Source: a virus
Lineage: Duplodnaviria > Caudoviricetes
DNA length: 64,000 bases
IMG/VR virus record: IMGVR_UViG_3300025789_000018
Strand: one strand, 5' to 3'
A model generated the notes under the pieces. That model was given only the letters and a program-made list of their open reading frames with translations. It was not told the origin of the DNA and ran no database searches. The position numbers were made by a program, and so were the translations under genes. Of this stretch, positions 53,775 through 63,427 are shown piece by piece. The number at the start of each line of letters is the position of its first letter. The stretch's first letter is position 1.

Positions 53775-54227
53775 CTAGACACTTTCAAACATGTGCTTTA
53801 GTGCAGAAGCATCCCACCAAGCATTGTGTCGAATAGCACCAGGTAGTGTAGTTGGATAAGCATCAACGCGCACCATATCAAAGATGATCCTAGGAACGGC
53901 AATCATCTCACCTGGACCAGTAATCATTGCCTGACAAAGATACTTGATGTCATCTGGCCAATCTGTAGTAATCACAGGGCATGGATCATCACCGAAGAAC
54001 TCTTGGATCATATGTGCGCCGCGATTGTCCAATAGAGAAGCAACTTGCATCTTAACGCCTTTGGGTACATTAATAATGACGGGCATAACATTTATAGCAA
54101 CCCATGGATCAATCTCTTGGATTGTCTCATATTTGATATATAGGCTATGCCCGTCTTCACGTACCAAAGCTAGACTAAGTAGCTGCCCTCCGAAGCCGTT
54201 ATATTCACAATCCATGAAATACTTCAT
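53775..54227 (-). CDS. DEDD 3'-5' exonuclease-like protein (Rv2179c/DUF5051-like)
   Basis: YFMDCEY, LLSLALV, HNA..DA. Confidence 0.75.
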   Translation of the reverse strand: MKYFMDCEYNGFGGQLLSLALVREDGHSLYIKYETIQEIDPWVAINVMPVIINVPKGVKMQVASLLDNRGAHMIQEFFGDDPCPVITTDWPDDIKYLCQAMITGPGEMIAVPRIIFDMVRVDAYPTTLPGAIRHNAWWDASALKHMFESV

Positions 54228-54282
54228 AACAAAACTCCTTTATATAAATAAGATGTGACTCGCGATATTCCAGTATCCAACA

Positions 54283-56550
54283 TCAGATTTTACAACTATC
54301 ACAATCTTCCTGATCAACTTCACCTGGTGCTAGTGTATCTTCAATCTCACCAGACTGATCATTGGTGTTGAAATAGTATAGGTTTTTGCCTCCGAGTTTA
54401 TAAAACATCAGCAAGTGCCCGATCATCTCTGATAGAGGAATCTTACCCTCTGGATAGTGGGCTGGATTGTAGGAGGTGTTCACGGAGATAGCTTGATCGA
54501 CAAACTTCTGTAGAACTGCCATGATCTTCAGATAACCCTCTGGTGACTTCTGGTCCCATAGCAACTCATACTTATTCTTTAGTTTCTTGATATCAGGAAC
54601 AACCTGCTTTAGAACACCATCTTTACTCTGCTTGATTGATACCAATGCACGAGGCGGTTCGATACCATTAGTAGAGTTGCTAATCTGTGCAGAAGTTTCA
54701 GCAGGCATAAGAGCCATCAAAGTTGAGTTGCGAATGCCATACATTTCGGATCTATCTTTTAGTAGATCCCAATCCATATTATAGCATGGTTCTACTAGAT
54801 CGTCAACATCTTTCTTGTATGTATCAACTGGCATAATGCCTAGACCATATTTTGTCTCATCCGACTTACCACACTTGCCAAACTCTTCTGCAAGATCGAC
54901 AGATGCCTTAATAAGATAGTAAGACCACGCTTCAGCGTAACTATGAATAAGACCAAGATTAGGGCTGGAATAAGTGCTATCATTACGAGCCAACCAATAA
55001 GCGAAATTGATGATGCCCACACCCAACGGCCTACGTGCCATAGTCCCCAAATAGGCAGCACGAACGGGATAAGACTGATAATCCAGAAGAGCGTCAAGGC
55101 ATCTAACAGCAATTGTACAAGGCTTCTCAAAATCGCTAGGCTTTTTGATTTTGCCCCAATTGATAGCCGCAAGAGTGCAGAGAGAAATCTCACCTTCTTC
55201 ATCATTGATGTCCTTTAGTGGTATTGTTGGCAAAGTAATCTCACAGCAGAGATTGCTCATTTTGATTGGTGCTTTTTCCTTGACAAACGAACCATGATCA
55301 TTGGCATGGTCAACGTTCATCAGATAGATTCGTCCTGTATCTTTTCGCTCTTGCATGAAGGACGAAAAAAGGTCAATTGCAGATACAGTTTTCTTTCTGA
55401 TTTTGGTGTTTCGTTCATACTTCTCATAGAGGGTTCGGAACTCGTCGGTGTTTGTGAAGAAACATTTGTAGAGATCCGGCACATCAGAAGGCGAGAAGAG
55501 GGTGATGTTACCACCAGATAGAAGTCTTTCATACATCACCTTGTTGAACTGGACACCATAGTCCATATGCCGAATGCGATTGTCTTCTGTGCCCTTGTTA
55601 TTTTTAAGAACTAAAAGGTCTTCTACTTCAAGATGCCAAAGAGGATAGTAGATGGTTGCTGCACCACCTCTTACGCCGCCTTGCGAACACGACTTAACAG
55701 CGCTTTGAAAATGCTTCCAAAATGACACAACGCCAGTATGAACAGCGTCGCCACCGCGAATGGGAGAGCCAATAGCCCTAATGAGGCCACCACCAATTCC
55801 GATTCCAGCCTTCTGAGAAACGTACTTAACGATTGCAGAGGAAGTAGCGTTGATAGAATCGAGAGAATCATCCGACTCAATAAGCACGCAAGAACTAAAC
55901 TGACGCTGAGGAGAACGAACTCCAGCCATAATAGGAGTAGGCAAGCTAATGTCAAATGTAGAGATAGCATCGTATAGTTCCTTTACCCACTTGATACGGT
56001 CTGTTTTATAGTTTTGAAACAATGTCATGGCGATCAACATGAATGCCATCTGAGGCGTTTCGTAGAACTTTCCTGTGACACGATTGCGAATCAGATACTT
56101 ACCACGAAACTGCTCCATTGCAGCATAGGTAAGCAGATTGTCACGGTCATGGTCGATATAATCACCAAGTTCTGCCCATTCATCCCAAGAATACACCTTT
56201 GAAAGATTTCTATCATAATAACCTAGACTTTCAACTCTATCATGATGTTGCAATAAAGGCTTGGGATCATATCGACCATAAACTTCCTTACGCAACTGAT
56301 AGTTGATTAGACGACCAGCAACGTATTGGTAGTTAGGTGTTTCTTCAGAGATAAGATCAGCCGCGGCTTTGATCAGCGTTTCTTGAATGTCCTTGGACGT
56401 GATGCCATTGTGAAACTGAATCTTTGTTTTGATTTCAAGTTCTGATACAGATACACCAGAAAGCCCTTCACACGCAAACTGACATACACGATGGAACTTG
56501 TTTAGGTCTAGAGGTTCTTTACTACCATCGCGTTTAGAAACATGGATCAT
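54283..56550 (-). CDS. nrdA: Ribonucleotide reductase class Ia alpha subunit
   Basis: ATP cone, PTPIMAG.R, QFSSC, QGGVRGG, SNLCCEI, MPAETS. Confidence 0.98.
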   Translation of the reverse strand: MIHVSKRDGSKEPLDLNKFHRVCQFACEGLSGVSVSELEIKTKIQFHNGITSKDIQETLIKAAADLISEETPNYQYVAGRLINYQLRKEVYGRYDPKPLLQHHDRVESLGYYDRNLSKVYSWDEWAELGDYIDHDRDNLLTYAAMEQFRGKYLIRNRVTGKFYETPQMAFMLIAMTLFQNYKTDRIKWVKELYDAISTFDISLPTPIMAGVRSPQRQFSSCVLIESDDSLDSINATSSAIVKYVSQKAGIGIGGGLIRAIGSPIRGGDAVHTGVVSFWKHFQSAVKSCSQGGVRGGAATIYYPLWHLEVEDLLVLKNNKGTEDNRIRHMDYGVQFNKVMYERLLSGGNITLFSPSDVPDLYKCFFTNTDEFRTLYEKYERNTKIRKKTVSAIDLFSSFMQERKDTGRIYLMNVDHANDHGSFVKEKAPIKMSNLCCEITLPTIPLKDINDEEGEISLCTLAAINWGKIKKPSDFEKPCTIAVRCLDALLDYQSYPVRAAYLGTMARRPLGVGIINFAYWLARNDSTYSSPNLGLIHSYAEAWSYYLIKASVDLAEEFGKCGKSDETKYGLGIMPVDTYKKDVDDLVEPCYNMDWDLLKDRSEMYGIRNSTLMALMPAETSAQISNSTNGIEPPRALVSIKQSKDGVLKQVVPDIKKLKNKYELLWDQKSPEGYLKIMAVLQKFVDQAISVNTSYNPAHYPEGKIPLSEMIGHLLMFYKLGGKNLYYFNTNDQSGEIEDTLAPGEVDQEDCDSCKI

Positions 56551-56556
56551 GCATTA

Positions 56557-56769
56557 TTACCTATTAAATGAATATTGTTGACTGTTCGCTGTAATGTTCA
56601 AAGTGTCCCAGTTTTGTACTCCTAGAGTCGAAACTCCAAGAGTATTACCTCTGAAGTAGTTGGCAACATCATTCATTTCTTCTTGAATGTCAATGCCTGA
56701 TGTTTGACCTGTAGTAGTACCTATCTGTGTACCATTCGCTAGAAATACTGCTGAGTAACTTACTGACAT
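56557..56769 (-). CDS. Hypothetical protein
   Basis: Packed ORF. Confidence 0.5.
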   Translation of the reverse strand: MSVSYSAVFLANGTQIGTTTGQTSGIDIQEEMNDVANYFRGNTLGVSTLGVQNWDTLNITANSQQYSFNR

Positions 56770-56780
56770 TACTTATTCTC

Positions 56781-57251
56781 CTACATACGCTTGTATTCAG
56801 AATGTGAGTATTTCATCAACTCACGCTTTTCTTTTTCACTGAGTATGTATACTTCTTCCACCGCAGGTTGATCAAATGGAATACCAATCATATCAACACC
56901 AAACTTGGTTGTATACCTGAAACTATTAAAGTTTTTTGGATCAATCCTGAAGATTTTGCCGTTGTGTTTATAACTCGTATTGATCAATGCAGGTGATGTG
57001 ACAACATAGAGGTCATCAACAGAACTACATTTCTTTAACTGACTTGGTCGGAAAGAAACACAGTTGCGCATTACGTATGGCTGCTCTGTCTTAACTTCTA
57101 CTAGACGTTCACCATCGACTGTCATATCTTTTTGACGATCATAGTTGTCTAGAGACAACTCAACCACATGACCAGTACGACTCAACCAGTTAGAAACAAT
57201 ATTTTCACCAATCTTGCCTAGTATTACGATTCGTTCATTATGTGTCATCAT
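56781..57251 (-). CDS. PD-(D/E)XK-like nuclease-fold protein
   Basis: GK.GE..V, D..VDG...VEVKT. Confidence 0.55.
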   Translation of the reverse strand: MMTHNERIVILGKIGENIVSNWLSRTGHVVELSLDNYDRQKDMTVDGERLVEVKTEQPYVMRNCVSFRPSQLKKCSSVDDLYVVTSPALINTSYKHNGKIFRIDPKNFNSFRYTTKFGVDMIGIPFDQPAVEEVYILSEKEKRELMKYSHSEYKRM

Positions 57252-57306
57252 TCTTCCTTAGTATCACAGAACCGTCATCATGTAAATGGTATTCTAGTAA
57301 AGTTTC

Positions 57307-57561
57307 TTATTTAACATCTGGAAAGATAACAGGATCATCTGATCGCGTTTCACACCACATCTTGAAGTTATCTGGTAGATAATACCAAAAGAAAAAATAT
57401 CCATTATCTATATCATCAATGTGATGATCATCTCCATCTTGATCAACACAAACACTATCACAACGATAGAACATTTGCGATCCAGAACCATCAGAGTATA
57501 AAGCAATAAATCTGCGTCCATTTTCTGGGCGAGATTCTGCAAACGTGTTCCATTCAGTCAT
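57307..57561 (-). CDS. Hypothetical protein
   Basis: Packed ORF. Confidence 0.5.
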   Translation of the reverse strand: MTEWNTFAESRPENGRRFIALYSDGSGSQMFYRCDSVCVDQDGDDHHIDDIDNGYFFFWYYLPDNFKMWCETRSDDPVIFPDVK

Positions 57562-58222
57562 CTTTCAATGCTTCCAAAATAGCAGGGAATCGCTCACCAA
57601 TGATTTCCCAGCACTGTTCTGCTAAGATACGATGTTCCTTCTGCGTTGCTTTGTCCATGCGAATCTGACAATAATGTACCCAGCTACGAAGGCTACCTTT
57701 CATAATGATTACAGATTCAGTTAGACCTTCTGGAAGAACGGCACGAGCCTGTTCTTTAGCGATGCCTTCCTCAATAGCAAAACGATATGCTCTTTTCGTA
57801 ACTTCCAATACTTCTGCTTGTAAATCCAACCAAGAATCATGTAAGTCTTCATCATCAACATCAACACTATTCTGACGGTTCTTTGGATCCTGCAAACGCG
57901 CTTCACGAGTAACGAACTTCAAGTCCTTAGTGGGATCAGCATAACGCTGACTGTATTCCTGAAATACAAACGAACGATGGCGAAGCATCTGACGGGCAAT
58001 ATCCCTAGTTGTGCGAATCTCTAGCGACACATCTACCATTTCGAGTGGGCTAAAGTGCTTATGTGTAATCAGATACTTCAACAACTTAGGTGCTGTTTGT
58101 GTGTTATTCTGATTGCTTGGGTTGCTGATTCTAGCACACCATGCCACCAGTTCTTGTGCATCAATGCAACCAGTGTATTCATAATCAGGCTGTGTGATTC
58201 CGATTAGATTTACGGTACTCAT
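57554..58222 (-). CDS. thyX: Flavin-dependent thymidylate synthase
   Basis: H.SPLE, RHRSF.FQEYSQRY, AKEQAR.VLP, Q.EHR. Confidence 0.97.
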   Translation of the reverse strand: MSTVNLIGITQPDYEYTGCIDAQELVAWCARISNPSNQNNTQTAPKLLKYLITHKHFSPLEMVDVSLEIRTTRDIARQMLRHRSFVFQEYSQRYADPTKDLKFVTREARLQDPKNRQNSVDVDDEDLHDSWLDLQAEVLEVTKRAYRFAIEEGIAKEQARAVLPEGLTESVIIMKGSLRSWVHYCQIRMDKATQKEHRILAEQCWEIIGERFPAILEALKDD

Positions 58223-58419
58223 TCTTTATCCTTCAATAGATTTGGACCACTATGGATCTCATAAGTTTCAACTACCAAACTCTTGGCTAATGATTCTGCA
58301 TATGCATCACTTGTTGGTGTCGATTCGGAAAAAGTAACCTTTGTGTACTGGTATTCTTTACCACGATCCCAGAAAGAATGCTTAGATGTTTTTGGAACTA
58401 TTTCAGTCATTTGTAACAC
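58219..58419 (-). CDS. Hypothetical protein
   Basis: Overlaps the thyX start. Confidence 0.5.
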   Translation of the reverse strand: MLQMTEIVPKTSKHSFWDRGKEYQYTKVTFSESTPTSDAYAESLAKSLVVETYEIHSGPNLLKDKE

Positions 58420-58585
58420 CGTGAATCTGTCGCTTAAAATGATAATGATTAGCAGCGGGAATGTGACGATTATCAGGTAGTATCAGCACAAGTTCCCATC
58501 CCTCCAAACCAAACACATTCAATTCTTTCGTGGTCATCGTTTGGCTGAACACGGTCTTGATATTATATTCAAACACCACTTTCAA
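58403..58585 (-). CDS. DUF4177-like small protein
   Basis: FEY.........ELN..G.EGWELV. Confidence 0.6.
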   Translation of the reverse strand: MKVVFEYNIKTVFSQTMTTKELNVFGLEGWELVLILPDNRHIPAANHYHFKRQIHGVTND

Positions 58586-58769
58586 TCCTTTTCTTCATAT
58601 TGATCCTAGTTTCTTCAATAGCCTTCAAAGAGATAGCAGTGTCAAATATGGTATCAACATCTCTGGCAGCTACAGCTATGTGCATAATGCGCCAATAGGA
58701 ATCTGCTATACCTTCAATTGCTTCATCTAAAGCAGTAGAATCAGTCATTTGAAACCCAATCCCATTCAT
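58569..58769 (-). CDS. Hypothetical protein
   Basis: Packed ORF. Confidence 0.5.
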   Translation of the reverse strand: MNGIGFQMTDSTALDEAIEGIADSYWRIMHIAVAARDVDTIFDTAISLKAIEETRINMKKRIESGV

Positions 58770-58869
58770 TATTTTCTTCCTGAACGACTCGAACTAGTTC
58801 GGATGCATCTGTACAACCAGTATACTCATAATCAGGCTGAGTAATGCCTACAAGATTAACGCTGCTCAT
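58741..58869 (-). pseudogene. Truncated duplicate of the thyX 5' end (42 codons)
   Basis: MSSVNLVGITQPDYEYTGCTDASELV versus ThyX MSTVNLIGITQPDYEYTGCIDAQELV. Confidence 0.85.
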
Positions 58870-58991
58870 TTATAAATCCCATCCTTTAAAGCATACATCA
58901 TAATAGCGCCAAACACTGTAAAAAAACCCCCAATCATTCCGAGAGGAACACCAATAAGCCACATCAACCAAATAGGAATAGTAATAGTCAT
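58866..58991 (-). CDS. Small membrane protein (41 aa)
   Basis: MTITIPIWLMWLIGVPLGMIGGFFTVFGAIMMYALK; ATGA coupling. Confidence 0.5.
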   Translation of the reverse strand: MTITIPIWLMWLIGVPLGMIGGFFTVFGAIMMYALKDGIYK

Positions 58992-59137
58992 TCCTTATCA
59001 TCCTCCATAATGTTCTTGTAATATGCATCAGGCAATGAGTAGTATTCTACTACTGCTTCCATGCTTGCGAACGAAATGCGACCATTATCATCAACTATGA
59101 CTTTACCGTCATTGTAAAGTCCTGGATACACACTCAT
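58988..59137 (-). CDS. Small hypothetical protein (49 aa)
   Basis: ATGA-coupled to primase and to the next ORF. Confidence 0.5.
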   Translation of the reverse strand: MSVYPGLYNDGKVIVDDNGRISFASMEAVVEYYSLPDAYYKNIMEDDKE

Positions 59138-60171
59138 ACTTTCTTCCATTTCATAAGTTCAACACGAGCCTCTAGACCGCTAAATGTTCGCTTCTCTAGG
59201 ACGATTGTGATATGTTCAACATCTGCTCCATTCAGAATCATGTCATTGATATCTTTGCCCTTGAACGTATCGTCCCATATCATTACACTATAACCCTTAT
59301 CGATCATTTTGTCAAGACGTTTTACGATTTCTTTATTGCGAGGCTCATTATCAAGAACGTAAACAACGTCCACAAAGGATTGATCCAGAGTAACATCAGC
59401 ACCGCCCATAGCAAGACTATTTGCCACAAAAAGTGAGTCGAGTGGTCCTTCAAAGCAGTATACCCTTTTGTTTTTATCAACAGTGTCAAGACCAAAGATT
59501 TTTGGCCTGTCATCCAGCATGATAGTTATATAGCGTAGATTTGACTTTGGATTAAAACTTCTACCCTGATAGCCAAACATGTTTCCGTCTTCATCAAGAA
59601 ACGGAATGATCAGTCTAGGCTCATCTTGTTTCGTATCCAGCTTATCTGGAATCATGCTGTTAGTCCACTCCGCAAACTTGGTGCAGTAGAACAACTTTGC
59701 ATGATGTTTGTTTTCGATCTTCCTAGAGAGTATATACTTCTTAGCAGGATGATCGTATGTCAGTTGAGATATCTTCTTCAACTTACGTAGAGGTGAACCA
59801 GACTTTAGAAAAGCTGGTGGTGTAAACCTAGCGATATCTTGTTTTGGTGGTTCTTTAGGGCGCATCTTCGCGCTGTCTTTGAACTTCTCTACGACATACT
59901 CTTGGTGTAGAGTAGTATCGATTTGCTTTAGAAAGTTGGAGAAGCCATGGGCAAGACCACAGTTGTAACACTTGAAGTATGTCTTGCCCTTGTGCTGAAA
60001 CAGATATGCACGGGCTTTGTATTTGTTCTTCTGCGAATCACCACAGAATGGGCATCTAAAGTTAGATACGTATGGCGATGACTTCTTTACTTTGAATCGT
60101 TCTAGCCTGTTGGATAGAAGATTACAATACATAACATCTAGGTACAAGTCACTCATATTCATCCTATACAT
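59134..60171 (-). CDS. gp61: DNA primase gp61
   Basis: NFRCP.CGDS.....KAR, KC.NCG, R.IIPF, QGR, EGP.DSLF, DNE.RN, KD.N.M. Confidence 0.97.
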   Translation of the reverse strand: MYRMNMSDLYLDVMYCNLLSNRLERFKVKKSSPYVSNFRCPFCGDSQKNKYKARAYLFQHKGKTYFKCYNCGLAHGFSNFLKQIDTTLHQEYVVEKFKDSAKMRPKEPPKQDIARFTPPAFLKSGSPLRKLKKISQLTYDHPAKKYILSRKIENKHHAKLFYCTKFAEWTNSMIPDKLDTKQDEPRLIIPFLDEDGNMFGYQGRSFNPKSNLRYITIMLDDRPKIFGLDTVDKNKRVYCFEGPLDSLFVANSLAMGGADVTLDQSFVDVVYVLDNEPRNKEIVKRLDKMIDKGYSVMIWDDTFKGKDINDMILNGADVEHITIVLEKRTFSGLEARVELMKWKKV

Positions 60172-60223
60172 CTGAATCTACAGTTGTATAATACGCCAAC
60201 CGTAGACCAATGTCAAGGGTTTT

Positions 60224-60574
60224 TTAGAGAAAAGGTGCCATAAATGGAATGAGTCCCATTTTGAAAAGAATAAAGCAAGCTATAACGCCTGTGGCAGTAA
60301 AGTACCACTTGTGTAGGTCTTGCTTGGTCTTGATTCCGTTTAACTCAGAATGCAGAGTATCGATTCGTTTGTTGGTTTCTTGGTGAAGAGAATAAAGGTC
60401 TTCGTCTGCTAGTGCATGTTGACCAAGTTTATGTTCATGTACAGCAAGCATTTCTTTTAATGAAATAGAAATATCTGTGAGTTTTTCCATAGTAACATCG
60501 ATCTTATCGCAATAGCTTGACACTTGCGACACATCACGTTCTAGTATGGCAACTTTAGTTTCTAAGTCTGACAT
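60224..60574 (-). CDS. Coiled-coil protein with C-terminal TM helix (holin-like candidate)
   Basis: LAVHE motif, one C-terminal hydrophobic helix, adjacent to spanins. Confidence 0.5.
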   Translation of the reverse strand: MSDLETKVAILERDVSQVSSYCDKIDVTMEKLTDISISLKEMLAVHEHKLGQHALADEDLYSLHQETNKRIDTLHSELNGIKTKQDLHKWYFTATGVIACFILFKMGLIPFMAPFL

Positions 60575-60584
60575 TGTATTCCTC

Positions 60585-60854
60585 TTATTTGCAGTGAGTC
60601 TGAACCCAGTCTATCAATGACGAATGATCAACATTAAGGTCATTATATGCTTGGATATCATCTAACCACAAATCGATCACTTGTTTTTCTGTTAACTTTG
60701 TTTGTGTTACCTTTGGCAAGTCACCGTGTTTTGCTGTGAAAGCAACAGGTGGATTGCAAGGATTAGTTACTATTACTGGTGGTCGTGCGGGCGCCGTTAA
60801 GCACGCCGATAACGGTAGCATCAACATCGCAGCTAGGAATGTCTTGTACTTCAT
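60585..60854 (-). CDS. o-spanin (Rz1-like lipoprotein)
   Basis: Lipobox LSAC, Pro-rich, overlaps the 3' end of the i-spanin gene in another frame. Confidence 0.8.
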   Translation of the reverse strand: MKYKTFLAAMLMLPLSACLTAPARPPVIVTNPCNPPVAFTAKHGDLPKVTQTKLTEKQVIDLWLDDIQAYNDLNVDHSSLIDWVQTHCK

Positions 60855-61170
60855 GGTCGATCACCTGTTTTGCCTGTATAACTTTTTGAACGATAATCTG
60901 CTTCTTGGTCTGTGCGGCCGCTAAAGCAGTTTGTTCGTCTGAAAGTTGTTTCTTCAAGTTATTTATTTGTATCGTTTGAGCATCTACCGTCGATTGGATC
61001 ACAGCAGCATTGCATTGTGACTTAGCTGCATTGTAACCTTTATCATAAACATAGTTGTATCCAAGTACACCAATCAATAGTGCAATGCCATATGGGGCCA
61101 AAGACGTAAGAATACCAGAAGGTGAAAATCCCTTAACTGTACTCCAAAGATTTGACACAAAGTTAAGCAC
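60763..61170 (-). CDS. i-spanin (Rz-like)
   Basis: N-terminal TM, coiled coil, C-terminal Cys (PSCDV...V..LN.AR). Confidence 0.75.
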   Translation of the reverse strand: MLNFVSNLWSTVKGFSPSGILTSLAPYGIALLIGVLGYNYVYDKGYNAAKSQCNAAVIQSTVDAQTIQINNLKKQLSDEQTALAAAQTKKQIIVQKVIQAKQVIDHEVQDIPSCDVDATVIGVLNGARTTTSNSN

Positions 61171-61426
61171 CGAATCCGCCCATATTTACGCCACCCATTA
61201 CACGTCTTTGCATCTGTGATGGACCTTTAGCGTATTCTTTCTGGCGATCAGCTTCTTTTTCTTGGTAGGTTTTTTGCTTTTTCCTGTACACTGGAGGCGA
61301 TGCTGGCTTTCCTGTGTTGGGATCTATCACACTAGCAAGACCTGCGTCCACCACCGCTGGTGCCGCACCAGAAGTCTCGTTTAGATCGCTTCTGAAATCT
61401 CTAAACTTTTTCATTAGCAGTGCCAC
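61163..61426 (-). CDS. Hypothetical, possible head-targeted protein
   Basis: MKKFRDF...LNE N-terminus. Confidence 0.55.
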   Translation of the reverse strand: MALLMKKFRDFRSDLNETSGAAPAVVDAGLASVIDPNTGKPASPPVYRKKQKTYQEKEADRQKEYAKGPSQMQRRVMGGVNMGGFGA

Positions 61427-61797
61427 CTTCTTAGAGACATTGCTTTGCGTGTTGGGCGCCCCTTGTCGTCTTTCATAGGACCTGGATTGCCCTTCATTCT
61501 AGCACAAAATGATTTTCTGCGCTTGGCTGCTTTACCTTCTGGATTGAGTTCGCTAGGCTTCTTTGTAACAGCAGTATGAATGCCAAAATGTTTAGCGCCC
61601 TTTGCTGTCAATCCAGCACCAGATTCGGTAGAGCGATAGTATCCCTTAGAGTCTGCGCCGCGCTCTACAAGAACATCTTCCTTGACGGGGACACAGTTAG
61701 GAACTTCTTTGCCATTCTTTTTCTTTTTGCCCACCATCTGATAACCCTTCCAGCAAGGATCATCTTTCATTTCACAAAAAGAAGCAAAGCTTTCCAT
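61414..61797 (-). CDS. Conserved T4-like hypothetical protein
   Basis: CWKGY..VG.K.K.G..VPNCV and RRKSFCARM.G motifs. Confidence 0.7.
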   Translation of the reverse strand: MESFASFCEMKDDPCWKGYQMVGKKKKNGKEVPNCVPVKEDVLVERGADSKGYYRSTESGAGLTAKGAKHFGIHTAVTKKPSELNPEGKAAKRRKSFCARMKGNPGPMKDDKGRPTRKAMSLRRWHC

Positions 61798-62081
61798 TAT
61801 TCGTCGCCTGTTTCTTTGCCTGACATCATATAGTCAGCAGCAGCGTCTAACATGCCAGAGCCTTTAGCAATCTTTGTTTGTACCCAAGCAGGAAGATCAC
61901 CTTCGCCTTTGAGCATCTTCAATAGATTTTCACAAGCGCGCTTTGCTGTTTCAAGTTCTGTACGAGCCATTTGGTACTCAACATCTTCCTTGACTTCTTT
62001 ACTGCAACCACACTTCATTTCTTGACATGCTTTGCATGGCTTCTTTTTGACTTCTTCTTGAAGTTCTCTTAAGCTTTTCAT
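61797..62081 (-). CDS. Conserved T4-like hypothetical protein
   Basis: MA...L, LPAWVQ.KI, A.DY. Confidence 0.65.
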   Translation of the reverse strand: MKSLRELQEEVKKKPCKACQEMKCGCSKEVKEDVEYQMARTELETAKRACENLLKMLKGEGDLPAWVQTKIAKGSGMLDAAADYMMSGKETGDE

Positions 62082-62470
62082 ATTGACTCTAGCCTCTTCT
62101 TGATGTATATATCAGACTCAATGTCTGTGTTTTTAATGTTTATACCTTGTAGCCCGATATTCACAACATGATCTGGCATATAGTTTAGAAGTTCAAGGAA
62201 GGGCTTCAACATTTCTTTGTATTCGTATAACTTGAAGAACAACATACGAGTGGCTGGTACTAAACCGAACACATTATAGATGACGATAATATGATTCAGT
62301 ATCAGCCGCTCCCTCAAATCACCATTTTCAGAATAGATGTTGAATAGTCTTTTCAGATACTTGAATCTCTTCAAGTCATCATAAAACTCCACAGTGTCAT
62401 AACATTGTGCATTTTCATAATGTTTAGCTGAATATAATAAAAAGTTTGTTTCATCAAGTTTTTCATGCAT
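62078..62470 (-). CDS. Conserved T4-like hypothetical protein
   Basis: NF.LY..KHY.N.QC....EF..DL.RFKY.KRL, RLILNH.I...NVFG. Confidence 0.8.
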   Translation of the reverse strand: MHEKLDETNFLLYSAKHYENAQCYDTVEFYDDLKRFKYLKRLFNIYSENGDLRERLILNHIIVIYNVFGLVPATRMLFFKLYEYKEMLKPFLELLNYMPDHVVNIGLQGINIKNTDIESDIYIKKRLESI

Positions 62471-62482
62471 TATAAAAAATCA

Positions 62483-63397
62483 TTAAGCCGAGGTAATCGT
62501 TTGCCAAGCTGCTCCAGTATACAGACATAGTTTTGATAATGTTGTATCAAAAACAATAGTACCCGCAGCAGGTGTTAGTGCAGTCTTTTGTGTTGTTGTC
62601 ATATTTGGGAAGCGAACGCCAGCAGTGGTTGATTGCACATCAAGAATAGTGCTTGTGCCTGGTGTTGTTGTTCCAATGGCAACTTTACCCGTCGATGTGA
62701 TACGCATACGTTCATTGGCGGCTAGAGTACCACCAGTAAAGAAGTTGATGTAGTTTGTGCCACCACCATAAGATGCTGTACCGATTGAAAGATTTGTATT
62801 GCCTGTATATAGATATCCATCAGATGGACCATTGATAGTCCAAAATGTATTTGAATAACCAGAAGAACTGATACCCATGTCAATAAAGTTGTTACCAACT
62901 AGACCGTTATTATCATAAGCAGCAAAGTCGGATGATGCATTGACACCATTGTTGGCATTGTTGATGACGATATCAACAGAACTATTAGAACTACCAAAAC
63001 CAGCAAGTGAGGATGGTGTACCAGCAACGTTTAGCCCACCGATCTGTACGTTTGCAGAAGTGTTGCCAATGTAAGTTGCGGTTGAGTTTGCTAAGAAGAA
63101 AGAACCAACAGTATAAGAGGATGCATTGACTACGCCAGCATATGTTGGTAGATATGATGCGATATTTGCACCAAGGGTGGAGTTTAGCTGATAAGAAGCA
63201 GCAGCAACTCCACCTAGATAGTTTGCGTTGTTTGCAGTATAGAAAGCAGTTTGTGCTAACAACACACTAGGAGTAATAGAATATGTCGTATTGGTACCGG
63301 CAGTATTCTGTACAATGATCATCAAGTCCTGTGTAGGATTTGTTGTCGTTGCAACAGGTAGTTGTGTAATCTTAATCGGACCATTTGACATATTCAA
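62483..63397 (-). CDS. Virion structural/fibre-like protein
   Basis: KITQLP N-terminus; ERMRITS.G.V.IGTTTP; C-terminal GT.VFDT....LC.YTG..W. Confidence 0.65.
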   Translation of the reverse strand: MNMSNGPIKITQLPVATTTNPTQDLMIIVQNTAGTNTTYSITPSVLLAQTAFYTANNANYLGGVAAASYQLNSTLGANIASYLPTYAGVVNASSYTVGSFFLANSTATYIGNTSANVQIGGLNVAGTPSSLAGFGSSNSSVDIVINNANNGVNASSDFAAYDNNGLVGNNFIDMGISSSGYSNTFWTINGPSDGYLYTGNTNLSIGTASYGGGTNYINFFTGGTLAANERMRITSTGKVAIGTTTPGTSTILDVQSTTAGVRFPNMTTTQKTALTPAAGTIVFDTTLSKLCLYTGAAWQTITSA

Positions 63398-63427
63398 AAC
63401 CCTAGTGTGTTGTTGTTATACTATTAC

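Noticed and set aside
52500-58222. Group I introns or inteins in nrdB, nrdA or thyX
   Set aside because: All three ORFs are continuous and of normal length
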